From the NCBI GenBank assembly GCA_016932875.1, contig JAFGBZ010000008.1, positions 1 through 35,963 of the forward strand: DNA of 35,963 bases, read 5' to 3'. Source of the stretch: Candidatus Iainarchaeum sp. (GTDB lineage Archaea; Iainarchaeota; Iainarchaeia; Iainarchaeales; JAFGBZ01). Under the pieces are notes generated by a model. The model had not been told where the DNA came from, ran no database searches, and worked only from the letters and a program-made list of their open reading frames with translations. Shown piece after piece: positions 1 to 9,492 of this stretch; the first letter of the stretch is position 1; every line of letters starts with the position of its first letter. Position numbers and translations under genes: made by a program.

Positions 1-30
1 AACTCAACAACAAATTAATTAAGGGAAGAG

Positions 31-3000
31 ATGGGTTTGAAAATTAATTTTAATTTAAAGTATGCTGTGCTATTTATTTCAATTTTTTTAATTCTTCCTT
101 TTTGTTCTGCACTGACTTTCACTGATTCAAGCAATGCTTCTTATTTCAGTGAAGGAACTGTTTCTAATACAACTGCAGGTGCAACTGATGTAAATCTTGC
201 ATTAACAGGCGGAGCATATTATTCTAACGGAACATTTACTTCAAAAGTGTTTGATTCAGACACTCCAGGAACAATTTGGAATAGTATTGTTTTTGATGAA
301 AGAAATCGTTCAAAAGAACCGTTGCCTAATTCAGCAGGAAGCGATTATGAAATTTCAATGGCTAACAATAAACTTTTGTATCATATGGATTTTTCAGAAG
401 GCGAATGTTCTGATTCATCAGGAACAAGAAATGATGGAGCAGTTTATGGCGCAGAAGTTACTTCTGATTGCATTCTTGGAAGCAATGCATATACTTTTGA
501 TGGAAGAGATTATGTCTGCAAATTAGCCCCTGCAGAGTTAACAACCAGCGCATTTACAATTTCTGCTTGGATTAAAACAAGTTCTACTTCTGCAACACAA
601 ACAATTTTCAGTTTAAGTTCAGTTGAAGGATGCACTGATGAGATTTGGCTGTTTCCTGTAACTTATTTGAATTTTTATATCAGCACAATAAAAGGAACAA
701 GAAAATTAGGTTTTGCAACCGGTGCTGATGCAGGAACAGTATCTACTGGAACTTTTGGAACAGGATGGACTCATGTCGCAGTAACTTATAATTCAATTAG
801 TTCAAAATTGAGTTATTACATTAATGGAAGCCCTGCAGGAAACTTTGCAATTTTAGTAGGAAATCCTTCAGCAAATGCTTCTGTTGGAGCATTAAATTCA
901 AATGGAAACTTTACAAATTTTTTTGAAGGAAACATAGATGAATTAACTTATTTTACCAGAATTTTAACTCCTACTGAAATTTTAAATCATTATAAGCGCG
1001 GGATAATGGATTTGAATTTGCAGGTGCAATCATGTGCTTTAAGTGATTGTTCTGATTCCCCTGCTTTTTTAGGCCCTGACGGAACTGCTTCAACTTATTT
1101 CACTGATTCAAATGTAAGCACATGGGATTTAAATGCATTTGATGCAAACAGGTACTTCCAATATAAAGCTTTTTTCAGAACTGATGACACTAATGTATTA
1201 AAAGAAACAACTCCTTTTTTACAGGAAGTAAGAATTGATTACAGTAAAGGAAATTCAATTACTCCTGGAGATGTAAATATTTCCTGGCCTGTTTCAGGAA
1301 CATATATTTCAGGAAAGCATTCAATTGATTTTAATGCAGCACATTCAGAAGAACTGGAAACAATTGTTTCAATTTGGCTTTCACAAAATCCCGGAGATTT
1401 AAATTATCCTTTGGTTTCAGATTTAAATTTAGTTGGAAAAAATTATTGTTTTGATGCTGATGCAAACTGGATTACACCTAATAACTGTAAATTCATTGAC
1501 ACTTTATTTAATGGAATTGATTTGAATATTGATACTTCTTTATTTCCTGACGGAAATTATGTTGTTGACATTAATGCAGTAACACAATATGATTACAATT
1601 ATTTTACTTCAAGCGAAAGCTTTATGATTGATAACACTGCTCCAAGCACTGCATTAATTGAAATAAATTCAGGAGCTGAAACAACAACTAATCCAATAGT
1701 TCAATTAGAATTAAGCTGTTCAGATGCTGCAAGTGGATGCAGTGAAATGCAGTTCAGCTGTTCGAATAATGCTGAATGGGTAAATGATTTTAATTTAGGA
1801 ACTGGGCAAGGCGGTGCAATAGGAATTTTTGTCGGAGACCCAGATAATGATTCAGAAAACGAAATAATAAGCGCAAATCAAAATTTGAATACAATAAGCA
1901 TATTCAACTGGAATGGAAGCACATGGACAAACGACTTTAATTTAATTACACAAGAAATGCCTCAAGATTTATTTATTGAAGATTCAGATAATGATGGAGA
2001 AAATGAATTATTAGTAACAAATTATGATTCTAATTCAATAAGTTTATACAATTGGAATGGAAGCAACTACATAAACGACTATAATATAGTAACTCAAGGA
2101 AGCCCTACGGGTGTATTTGTTGGTGACGCAGACAATGATGGAGATAACGAAATAATTGTAGCAAACTTTGGATCTAACTCAGTCAGTATATATAATTGGG
2201 ATGAAGAAGCAATTGAAAACCAATATGTAAACGATTATAATTTAGCAACAAAAAACAATCCAATGCAAACATTTATTGAAGATGCAGATAATGATGGAGA
2301 AAATGAAATAATAGTAGTTAACTGGGCTGGCGACACAGTAGGAATATATAATTGGAATGGAAGCAACTACATAAACGACTATAATTTAAATAATTATAAT
2401 GGAGGTGTAAGACTTTTCGTTGGAGATGCAGATAATGATGGAGAAAATGAAATACTTACAGCTAATGCTGGTTCAGTTGGAGCAATAGTTATATATAATT
2501 GGAATGGAAGCACATGGATAAATGATTTTAATTTAAATGTTGAACAAGGAAGAAACGTATTTGTTGGCGATATAGATAATGATGGAGATAACGAAATTTT
2601 GGCAAAAAATGAAACATCTAATTTAATAAGCATATTTAGCTGGACTGAAGGCAACTACATAAATGACTATAATTTAACAACAGGAGCACCCACAACAATA
2701 TTTGTTGGCGATATAAATAATGATGGATTAAACAAAATTTTAATAGGAAATAATTCAATTACAAATCAAATAAGCATATTTAACTGGAACACTAACTTCA
2801 CTTCTTTGGAAAATTATTCTTCTTCAAAATCATTTAATTTAACTTCTCAATCTGGAGCTGACTGTAATTCAGATTATGGAGTTAAAACAGTTTATGTGAA
2901 ATATAAAGACAGGGCAGGAAATACTGTTATTGCAAGCGATTCAATTGAATATGTTGAATCTATTCCTGATTTGAATTTTATTTTTCCAACTGAAGAATAT

Positions 3001-6000
3001 ATTAAAGGAGAAACCCATTCAATTGATTTTAATGTAAGAATTGAAGATAATTATGATTTAAATGCAAGTATTTATTATATTGCTGCAAGCATCCCTCAAC
3101 AAACTTATACGTTATATAAAGATGTAAATCTTGATTCAACTTATTATTGTGTTGATTTAGATAATGATAATTCAACTGTAAATACATGCAGTTTTATTGA
3201 TACTAAATGGAATGGAATTGATTTAAATGTTGATTTCAATTCATTCATTGCAAACCCAACTACCTCAAATTATATTCAAATTGATATTAATGCTTCAAAT
3301 GGTTCAAATGCAACATTTACAAGCAATACTTTTGCAATAGATAAAAGTCCGCCAAGAAATTCAACTATTTCAATTAATTCAGGAAATAGTGTAACTACTT
3401 CAACTGATTTAAATTTAAGTTTAAATTATCGCGATATGACTTTACCAGATAGCGGTTATAATGAAATGAGTTTTTCTTGTGATAATAATGCAGGTTGGAG
3501 CGATGAAATTGAATTAAAGGATTCAATTAAGGTGTCTGCCAGCCCTAAATCTGTTGATTTAGATAATGATGGAGATAATGATTTAGTTGCGCTTTCAACA
3601 ACGAGTCATGCAGTATATATTTATATTTGGAATGAAGTTACTGAAAGTTTTAATGATGCAATAATTTTACCAATAGAAACAATTGATTCAACTTTTTCTT
3701 TAGAAGTAGGTGATGTTGATAATGATGGTTATAAAGATATTGCTGTTGTCGGACGCGGAGTTCCGGGATGGGTTTACATAGTTAAAGGCCCTACTTGGAA
3801 ATCATTTGAAACAATTATTGGTTTAGGCAAACAACCAAGCAGTATTGCAATAGGAGATATAGATAACGATGGAGATAATGACATGATTACTTCTAATTAT
3901 GGAGATAACACAATGGATTTCTTTCAATGGAACGGAAATAACTGGGATGTAAGCTCTGTTCCTGCAACAAGTATTCCTTATGAAGTTGTTATTGCTGATG
4001 CAGATAATGATGGAAGAAATGAAATTCTTTTAGCTCAAGGTTATTGGGATGGAAGTGTTTTAATCAAAAGATGGAATGGTTCAGGATTTGATACAGTTAA
4101 AACACTTACAACAGATCAGTATACACATTATGTAACTGTAGGCGATGCAGATAACGATGGAGACAATGATGTAATAGCTGTTTCAAGCTTTTATAAACCT
4201 GAAACACTGCAAATGTTTGACTGGAATGGAGAAGACTGGGGCGCAGTTCAGAAAATAGGATTTACTGATTCTGCTCAAATACGTTTTGCATTTGTTTTTG
4301 ATGCAGATAATGATTTAAATAACGAAATTCTTTTAGCAAACCGTTCTGATACAAATGATTATTATTATATTTTGGACTGGAATGGAAACGGATTTAATAT
4401 TACTGAACAAATTTCAGCATCAAATGGTTCACAGCATGTTTTTTCAGGAGACATAAATAATGATGGATACAATGATTTAGTTGCATCAATTCAAGCTTCA
4501 AATACACTTTCATTAAGATACTGGGATTCAGGTTATACTGAATGGGAAGCTTACAATAGTTCAAAATTATTTGATTTAGCTGATTATGAAAATGTAGGCT
4601 GTTCAACAGGATATGGGACTAAAACAATTTATGTTAAATATAGTGATTTAGTTGGAAATGAATTTATTACAAGCGATTCAATTGAATTAGTTGAAGGAAT
4701 TGATGTTAATATTATTTCACCTGTTTCAGGAGATTACTGGAGCAATCATCATTCAATTGATTTCAATGTAAAAGCAGGAGAATATGATTTAAACGCATCA
4801 ATTTATTTAATTGAATCATTTCCTTATATTGGAAGTCCTTTAGTTTTATACAAAGATGTTAATTTAGATTCAACTGCTTACTGCATTGATTTAGATAATA
4901 ATAATGCAACAACTAACACTTGTTCATTTAAAAACACTATTTTTGATGGAATTGATTTGAATATTGATACTGTATTATATGCAGACAATAATTATACAAT
5001 ACAAGTAGATATTAATTCTTCAAGTGGAGCAAGCAGTACAGAAACAAGTTCAAGTTTTATGATTGATAACACTATTCCGGAAACAGCAAATCTAGCTTTC
5101 ACAAGTGAGTATAATCCTAATGTAATAACTACTTCAGTTCTTCCTCTTGCATTAAATTGTTCTGATTCAGGAAGCAATTGCAGTGAAATGCAGTTTTCTT
5201 GTTCAAATAATTCTGCACTTGAAAAAACAATGGATGCAATCATTGATTATTCTGATGAATCAAATGATGGATGCAATTACTTTTCTCTGTTTGCTGATAA
5301 TGTGGATGAGGATGAAGAAAAAGAAATTATTGTAGGTTATTACTGTGAAAGATATGATGGTTCGCCTTACTCTTATATAAGAATTTACAATAATTATGGC
5401 TCTGGCTGGGTTAATGATTTTAATGCAGAATTAGGAGAAGATTATGCATTAAGTACAATCAAAAAAATATTTGTAAGCGATTCAGATAATGATGGAAGAA
5501 ATGACATAACTGTTTCTTCTGTTGATGATGAAAGAATTCTTGTATTCCAATGGAATTCATTAGAAGAAGCATATGTGATTGTACAAGATTACACTTCCTC
5601 ATTTACTGAAAGTATAACATATGAAATATTCATTGATGATGCAGATAATGAAGGAACAAATGATATACTTTATAACCCAGGAGACATTCTTCCATGGTTT
5701 AATGGAAACTGGGGTTATGGACCAAGCGGTTCTTGGCTTGGAGGATATACCCTAGGAGGCGAAGCCGATCTCACAAACGGATATATTGCTGATGCAGATA
5801 ATGATGGAAGAAATGAAGTATTATTCATGCATACTATAGATGAAGTACCTCATTCTATTGATTTATATGAATGGGATGATAATGAATGGATTGCAGAACA
5901 CAGAATTGAAATTGATCAAGCGTTTGAAGCAAGCGCAATGGATGTAATTGTTGCTGATGCTGATAATGATTCAAAAAATGAAATAATTGTTTTAAGTTCT

Positions 6001-9000
6001 CTGGAAGGAAAAACAATCAGATTGTTTGAATGGAATGGAAGCACTTGGGAAAATGATTACAATATTAATGGTTTTGAAATTACTGAAGGAGAATTGTTTG
6101 TTGCAGATATTGATAATGATTCAAATAATGATATTCTTGTAATGAATATTGATTTAAAAAAAATAATTGTTTATTCATGGAAAGGAAGCACTTGGGAAAA
6201 TGATTTTAATATAAGCACAAACAAAAGATTACGAAGTTTTTTTGTTTCTGATTTAAATAATGATGGATTAAATGATTTGATTTTCCTGACTGCTGAAGAA
6301 GGTTCAATTGTTGATATCAATTTATCAGTTTATAATTGGAATGATTCTTTCACTTCATGGGAAAATTATTCAACTGAAAAATCATTTGATTTAAGTGCAA
6401 ACTCTGCAGTTGACTGCAATTCAGAGTATGGAACCAAAACTCTTTACACTAAATTTAAAGATAGAGCAGGAAATACAAGGATTGCAGAAAAAGAATTTAT
6501 TTATGCAAGCCAGCCAGTAATTACAGTTAATTATCCTAAAAGCACTTATATTTCAACAATAAATAATTCTGTTGTTGATATTAATTTCACTGTAACTGAT
6601 CCTTATTATGTGACTTCAACTTATCTTGCAAAAAAATATTATTCTGAAACAAAGGGAGCAAAAGAAAATTATTTAGGAGATACTGTTCTTACAAGAGAAG
6701 CAGAAAATACAAATCATTCAGTTGAATGGGATATAAGCAGTATTGCTGATGGAAATTATTATGTTGATTTGAATTTAAATAAAGCAATTGACAGCAGTTA
6801 TTTATATGATTTTAATTCAACTGATACTTCTGTTTACTTTGATGGAACTCGTCCAATAAGTTCAAGTGATGCAAATTCAGGCTGGCAGAAAACTGATTTC
6901 AATTTAGGAATTAGTGTTATTGAAGATTCAAATAATTATGCTTTAAAATACAGAATTGATTTAGATGCAACTGAAGCAATAAGCTGGAGTTCATGGATGG
7001 ATTATGAAGCAACAGGAATTGATTTCCAAAGCGATGGAAATTATGCAATTGATTTTAATGCAACTGATGCTGCAGGTAACAGCGAAAATGCTTCAGCAAT
7101 TCCTAACAGAGCATATATATTAGTTGATAAAACAACTCCAAATAGTTCAAGTGATGCAAATTCAGGCTGGCAGAATACTGATGCAAATGTGAGTTTAACT
7201 TGCAGTGATGTTAATGATTTAGCTGATTATAGTGACTGCAATTATGTTAAATACCAGCTAGATAATGATTCAAGCAATGATGTAAATTACAGTTCTGTAA
7301 TGGACTGGAATGGAGAAGGAATTCAAATAACTGAAGATGGAAATTGGGCGATAAAATACTGGGCAGTAGATAATGCAGGAAATGAAGAAACAGATCCAAT
7401 TGATTATGTTTTAATCGCTAGCGGAAGCCCTGTAGTCAATATTACTAATCCAACAGATGGCGCTTCTTATACTTCAGGAACTTCAAGTGTTACAGTAACC
7501 TATGAAGGAACTCCTGCAGGAAATCCAATAGATTATTATGAAGTGAGAATTAATTCAGGTTCATGGATTAATAATGGAACAAATTCAAGTTATGAATTCA
7601 CTGAATTAACTACTGGAACAAGTTATACTGTTGAAGTAAAAGTTGTTGATACTGCATTAAATGAAGGAACTGATTCAGTTTCATTTAGCATTGAAAATAC
7701 AGGAGGAACTTCAACTCAAACTTGTGCTGAATTAGGTGGAATTGAATGCATCCCAGGAAATCAAACATGTATTGGGCCTTTACTGTGCTGTGAATGGGTT
7801 TGCACTGGATATATTGGAGGCGCAAGCGATACTGCTAATTGTTATGCTTCAAGTGAATGTAATTCAATTCAGACTCTTGAAAAAGATTTAAGCATCGGAT
7901 TTTTTATCACAAACATAGATAATCCTGGTTCACAACATTTTGTTGAAGGAAACAGAATATTGTTCAGCATTATTGCAATAAATTCAGGTTCAGAAAATAT
8001 CACTACTCCGTTTACAGTAAAATTATGGGATGAATTTAATTCAGTTGAAATGACTTCAGAAACAATTAATTCGCTTAATTCAGGAGAGCAAAGAAATATT
8101 TCATTTGAATTTGTTTATAGTTCAAAGAATACCAAAATGAGTAAATGGAATGAAAAAGAAGTTTTATTTACTGCAATAGTTGATGCAGATGAAGAAATAA
8201 TTGAAGTAAATGAATTAAATAATGAATCAACTGCTACTGCAAGATTTGGATTGCTTTCAAATTTAACTTTTTCAGCAATGCCTGTACTGCTTGCAGGAAG
8301 CGATGTAGTAAGCACTCCATTCACAATTATTAATAAGGATGCTGAAATAACAACTCCTTTCAAAATAGGGGTTTCAGTTAATAATATTGGAGAAAATATG
8401 ACTTATTATACAGTTAATTCAATGGGTAAAAACAGCACATTACAGTTTAATTACAATTATACTTTTTCAACAGGGCAAGGAGAAATAACTCCTAAAACAG
8501 GAATTAAAACAATTATTCTTGAAGAAGAAAAAGAAAATACTGCATTATTTGCAGGAGATCCAGGAGAAACAATTTTCTTTTTTGGAATAGATTATGAAAA
8601 TATAATTGTTGAATCAAATGAAGGAGATAATAATTCCTTGCTTATTTATCAGGAAGCGCTTCCTGATTTAGAATTTGAGCCAGAAACAGATAACACAATA
8701 ACAGGAATTATAAATCAAGAAATAATTCTTTCAGGGAATATTAATAATATTGGTTCAAAAGAAAGCGGAAGCTTTAACACAAGAGTTTATTTAAGTTCAG
8801 AAAATATGCCTGAAGAAAAAATAATTGAGCTTTCATCAATCGGAATTAATGCAAGAAACAGTGTTGCAGTTGAATTTGAACTTTCTGAATTTGATTATGC
8901 AGGAAATTATTTTGCAAGAATAGTTATTGATGAAGATGAAGAAGTAACTGAACTGGATGAAACAAATAACCAATATATTTTCAATATGCAAATTATTGAT

Positions 9001-9492
9001 GAAAACAGTCTTTACTCTTATGATGAATTTATTAATAATGAATATCTTTGGGCTACTGTGGCAGAAACAGTAAATAAAAATTCAAGAGAATATGAATTTG
9101 AAGCAGATTTAAATCCAATAAACATTGAAGAATTAACTTTAGATAATCGCTGGGGAGAAAACATTGCATATATATTTAAATTACAGGAAATGCAGTCTGA
9201 AAATAAAGGCGCATTTATCCTTGAAGCAAGCGAAACAAATATGGATTATTATTCAAGCTATGATTCAGAAATAATTGATGAAAGCACAAACTGTTACAGT
9301 TATATGCCTGAAAGTTATGAAATGGGTGCAGATACATTTGTACGCTGGTTTAATGGGCAATATTATCCTACTACAAATGAACCAAGCTTCCTTTCATTAA
9401 TGCATTATTACAGAATTAATTCAATTTCATTTAATTTCCTTCAGGTTGGACATAGATTTAATGAAGGATACTGCGAATATGGAGGCGCTTAA
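31..9492 (+). CDS. Giant secreted surface protein/adhesin: signal peptide, LamG-like domain, 3 x 7 FG-GAP/VCBS-type repeats, Ig-like domains, FN3-like, Cys-rich segment, 3 CARDB-like domains
   Basis: 3153-aa ORF. Hydrophobic N-terminus ending PFCSA; LamG motifs (FTISAWIK, WTHVAVTY, FEGNIDEL); 21 DxDNDG-type Ca-binding motifs; CARDB-like ends (VDADEEIIEVNELNN, IVESNEGDNN, IDEDEEVTELDETNN). No C-terminal TM seen. Confidence 0.9.
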   Translation: MGLKINFNLKYAVLFISIFLILPFCSALTFTDSSNASYFSEGTVSNTTAGATDVNLALTGGAYYSNGTFTSKVFDSDTPGTIWNSIVFDERNRSKEPLPNSAGSDYEISMANNKLLYHMDFSEGECSDSSGTRNDGAVYGAEVTSDCILGSNAYTFDGRDYVCKLAPAELTTSAFTISAWIKTSSTSATQTIFSLSSVEGCTDEIWLFPVTYLNFYISTIKGTRKLGFATGADAGTVSTGTFGTGWTHVAVTYNSISSKLSYYINGSPAGNFAILVGNPSANASVGALNSNGNFTNFFEGNIDELTYFTRILTPTEILNHYKRGIMDLNLQVQSCALSDCSDSPAFLGPDGTASTYFTDSNVSTWDLNAFDANRYFQYKAFFRTDDTNVLKETTPFLQEVRIDYSKGNSITPGDVNISWPVSGTYISGKHSIDFNAAHSEELETIVSIWLSQNPGDLNYPLVSDLNLVGKNYCFDADANWITPNNCKFIDTLFNGIDLNIDTSLFPDGNYVVDINAVTQYDYNYFTSSESFMIDNTAPSTALIEINSGAETTTNPIVQLELSCSDAASGCSEMQFSCSNNAEWVNDFNLGTGQGGAIGIFVGDPDNDSENEIISANQNLNTISIFNWNGSTWTNDFNLITQEMPQDLFIEDSDNDGENELLVTNYDSNSISLYNWNGSNYINDYNIVTQGSPTGVFVGDADNDGDNEIIVANFGSNSVSIYNWDEEAIENQYVNDYNLATKNNPMQTFIEDADNDGENEIIVVNWAGDTVGIYNWNGSNYINDYNLNNYNGGVRLFVGDADNDGENEILTANAGSVGAIVIYNWNGSTWINDFNLNVEQGRNVFVGDIDNDGDNEILAKNETSNLISIFSWTEGNYINDYNLTTGAPTTIFVGDINNDGLNKILIGNNSITNQISIFNWNTNFTSLENYSSSKSFNLTSQSGADCNSDYGVKTVYVKYKDRAGNTVIASDSIEYVESIPDLNFIFPTEEYIKGETHSIDFNVRIEDNYDLNASIYYIAASIPQQTYTLYKDVNLDSTYYCVDLDNDNSTVNTCSFIDTKWNGIDLNVDFNSFIANPTTSNYIQIDINASNGSNATFTSNTFAIDKSPPRNSTISINSGNSVTTSTDLNLSLNYRDMTLPDSGYNEMSFSCDNNAGWSDEIELKDSIKVSASPKSVDLDNDGDNDLVALSTTSHAVYIYIWNEVTESFNDAIILPIETIDSTFSLEVGDVDNDGYKDIAVVGRGVPGWVYIVKGPTWKSFETIIGLGKQPSSIAIGDIDNDGDNDMITSNYGDNTMDFFQWNGNNWDVSSVPATSIPYEVVIADADNDGRNEILLAQGYWDGSVLIKRWNGSGFDTVKTLTTDQYTHYVTVGDADNDGDNDVIAVSSFYKPETLQMFDWNGEDWGAVQKIGFTDSAQIRFAFVFDADNDLNNEILLANRSDTNDYYYILDWNGNGFNITEQISASNGSQHVFSGDINNDGYNDLVASIQASNTLSLRYWDSGYTEWEAYNSSKLFDLADYENVGCSTGYGTKTIYVKYSDLVGNEFITSDSIELVEGIDVNIISPVSGDYWSNHHSIDFNVKAGEYDLNASIYLIESFPYIGSPLVLYKDVNLDSTAYCIDLDNNNATTNTCSFKNTIFDGIDLNIDTVLYADNNYTIQVDINSSSGASSTETSSSFMIDNTIPETANLAFTSEYNPNVITTSVLPLALNCSDSGSNCSEMQFSCSNNSALEKTMDAIIDYSDESNDGCNYFSLFADNVDEDEEKEIIVGYYCERYDGSPYSYIRIYNNYGSGWVNDFNAELGEDYALSTIKKIFVSDSDNDGRNDITVSSVDDERILVFQWNSLEEAYVIVQDYTSSFTESITYEIFIDDADNEGTNDILYNPGDILPWFNGNWGYGPSGSWLGGYTLGGEADLTNGYIADADNDGRNEVLFMHTIDEVPHSIDLYEWDDNEWIAEHRIEIDQAFEASAMDVIVADADNDSKNEIIVLSSLEGKTIRLFEWNGSTWENDYNINGFEITEGELFVADIDNDSNNDILVMNIDLKKIIVYSWKGSTWENDFNISTNKRLRSFFVSDLNNDGLNDLIFLTAEEGSIVDINLSVYNWNDSFTSWENYSTEKSFDLSANSAVDCNSEYGTKTLYTKFKDRAGNTRIAEKEFIYASQPVITVNYPKSTYISTINNSVVDINFTVTDPYYVTSTYLAKKYYSETKGAKENYLGDTVLTREAENTNHSVEWDISSIADGNYYVDLNLNKAIDSSYLYDFNSTDTSVYFDGTRPISSSDANSGWQKTDFNLGISVIEDSNNYALKYRIDLDATEAISWSSWMDYEATGIDFQSDGNYAIDFNATDAAGNSENASAIPNRAYILVDKTTPNSSSDANSGWQNTDANVSLTCSDVNDLADYSDCNYVKYQLDNDSSNDVNYSSVMDWNGEGIQITEDGNWAIKYWAVDNAGNEETDPIDYVLIASGSPVVNITNPTDGASYTSGTSSVTVTYEGTPAGNPIDYYEVRINSGSWINNGTNSSYEFTELTTGTSYTVEVKVVDTALNEGTDSVSFSIENTGGTSTQTCAELGGIECIPGNQTCIGPLLCCEWVCTGYIGGASDTANCYASSECNSIQTLEKDLSIGFFITNIDNPGSQHFVEGNRILFSIIAINSGSENITTPFTVKLWDEFNSVEMTSETINSLNSGEQRNISFEFVYSSKNTKMSKWNEKEVLFTAIVDADEEIIEVNELNNESTATARFGLLSNLTFSAMPVLLAGSDVVSTPFTIINKDAEITTPFKIGVSVNNIGENMTYYTVNSMGKNSTLQFNYNYTFSTGQGEITPKTGIKTIILEEEKENTALFAGDPGETIFFFGIDYENIIVESNEGDNNSLLIYQEALPDLEFEPETDNTITGIINQEIILSGNINNIGSKESGSFNTRVYLSSENMPEEKIIELSSIGINARNSVAVEFELSEFDYAGNYFARIVIDEDEEVTELDETNNQYIFNMQIIDENSLYSYDEFINNEYLWATVAETVNKNSREYEFEADLNPINIEELTLDNRWGENIAYIFKLQEMQSENKGAFILEASETNMDYYSSYDSEIIDESTNCYSYMPESYEMGADTFVRWFNGQYYPTTNEPSFLSLMHYYRINSISFNFLQVGHRFNEGYCEYGGA
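2050..2385 (+). repeat. Exact 36-bp intragenic direct repeat (2050-2085 and 2350-2385) in propeller 1
   Basis: AATTGGAATGGAAGCAACTACATAAACGACTATAAT occurs twice, 300 bp apart. A second 30-bp exact repeat lies at 2281-2310 and 2425-2454. Confidence 0.9.
6859..7175 (+). repeat. Exact 32-bp intragenic direct repeat at the start of two tandem Ig-like domains
   Basis: AGTTCAAGTGATGCAAATTCAGGCTGGCAGAA at 6859-6890 and 7144-7175 (SSSDANSGWQ). Confidence 0.9.

Noticed and set aside
1771..7175. Diversity-generating retroelement TR/VR pair
   Set aside because: Repeats are short, in-frame domain duplications without adenine-specific mismatches, and no reverse transcriptase is present.
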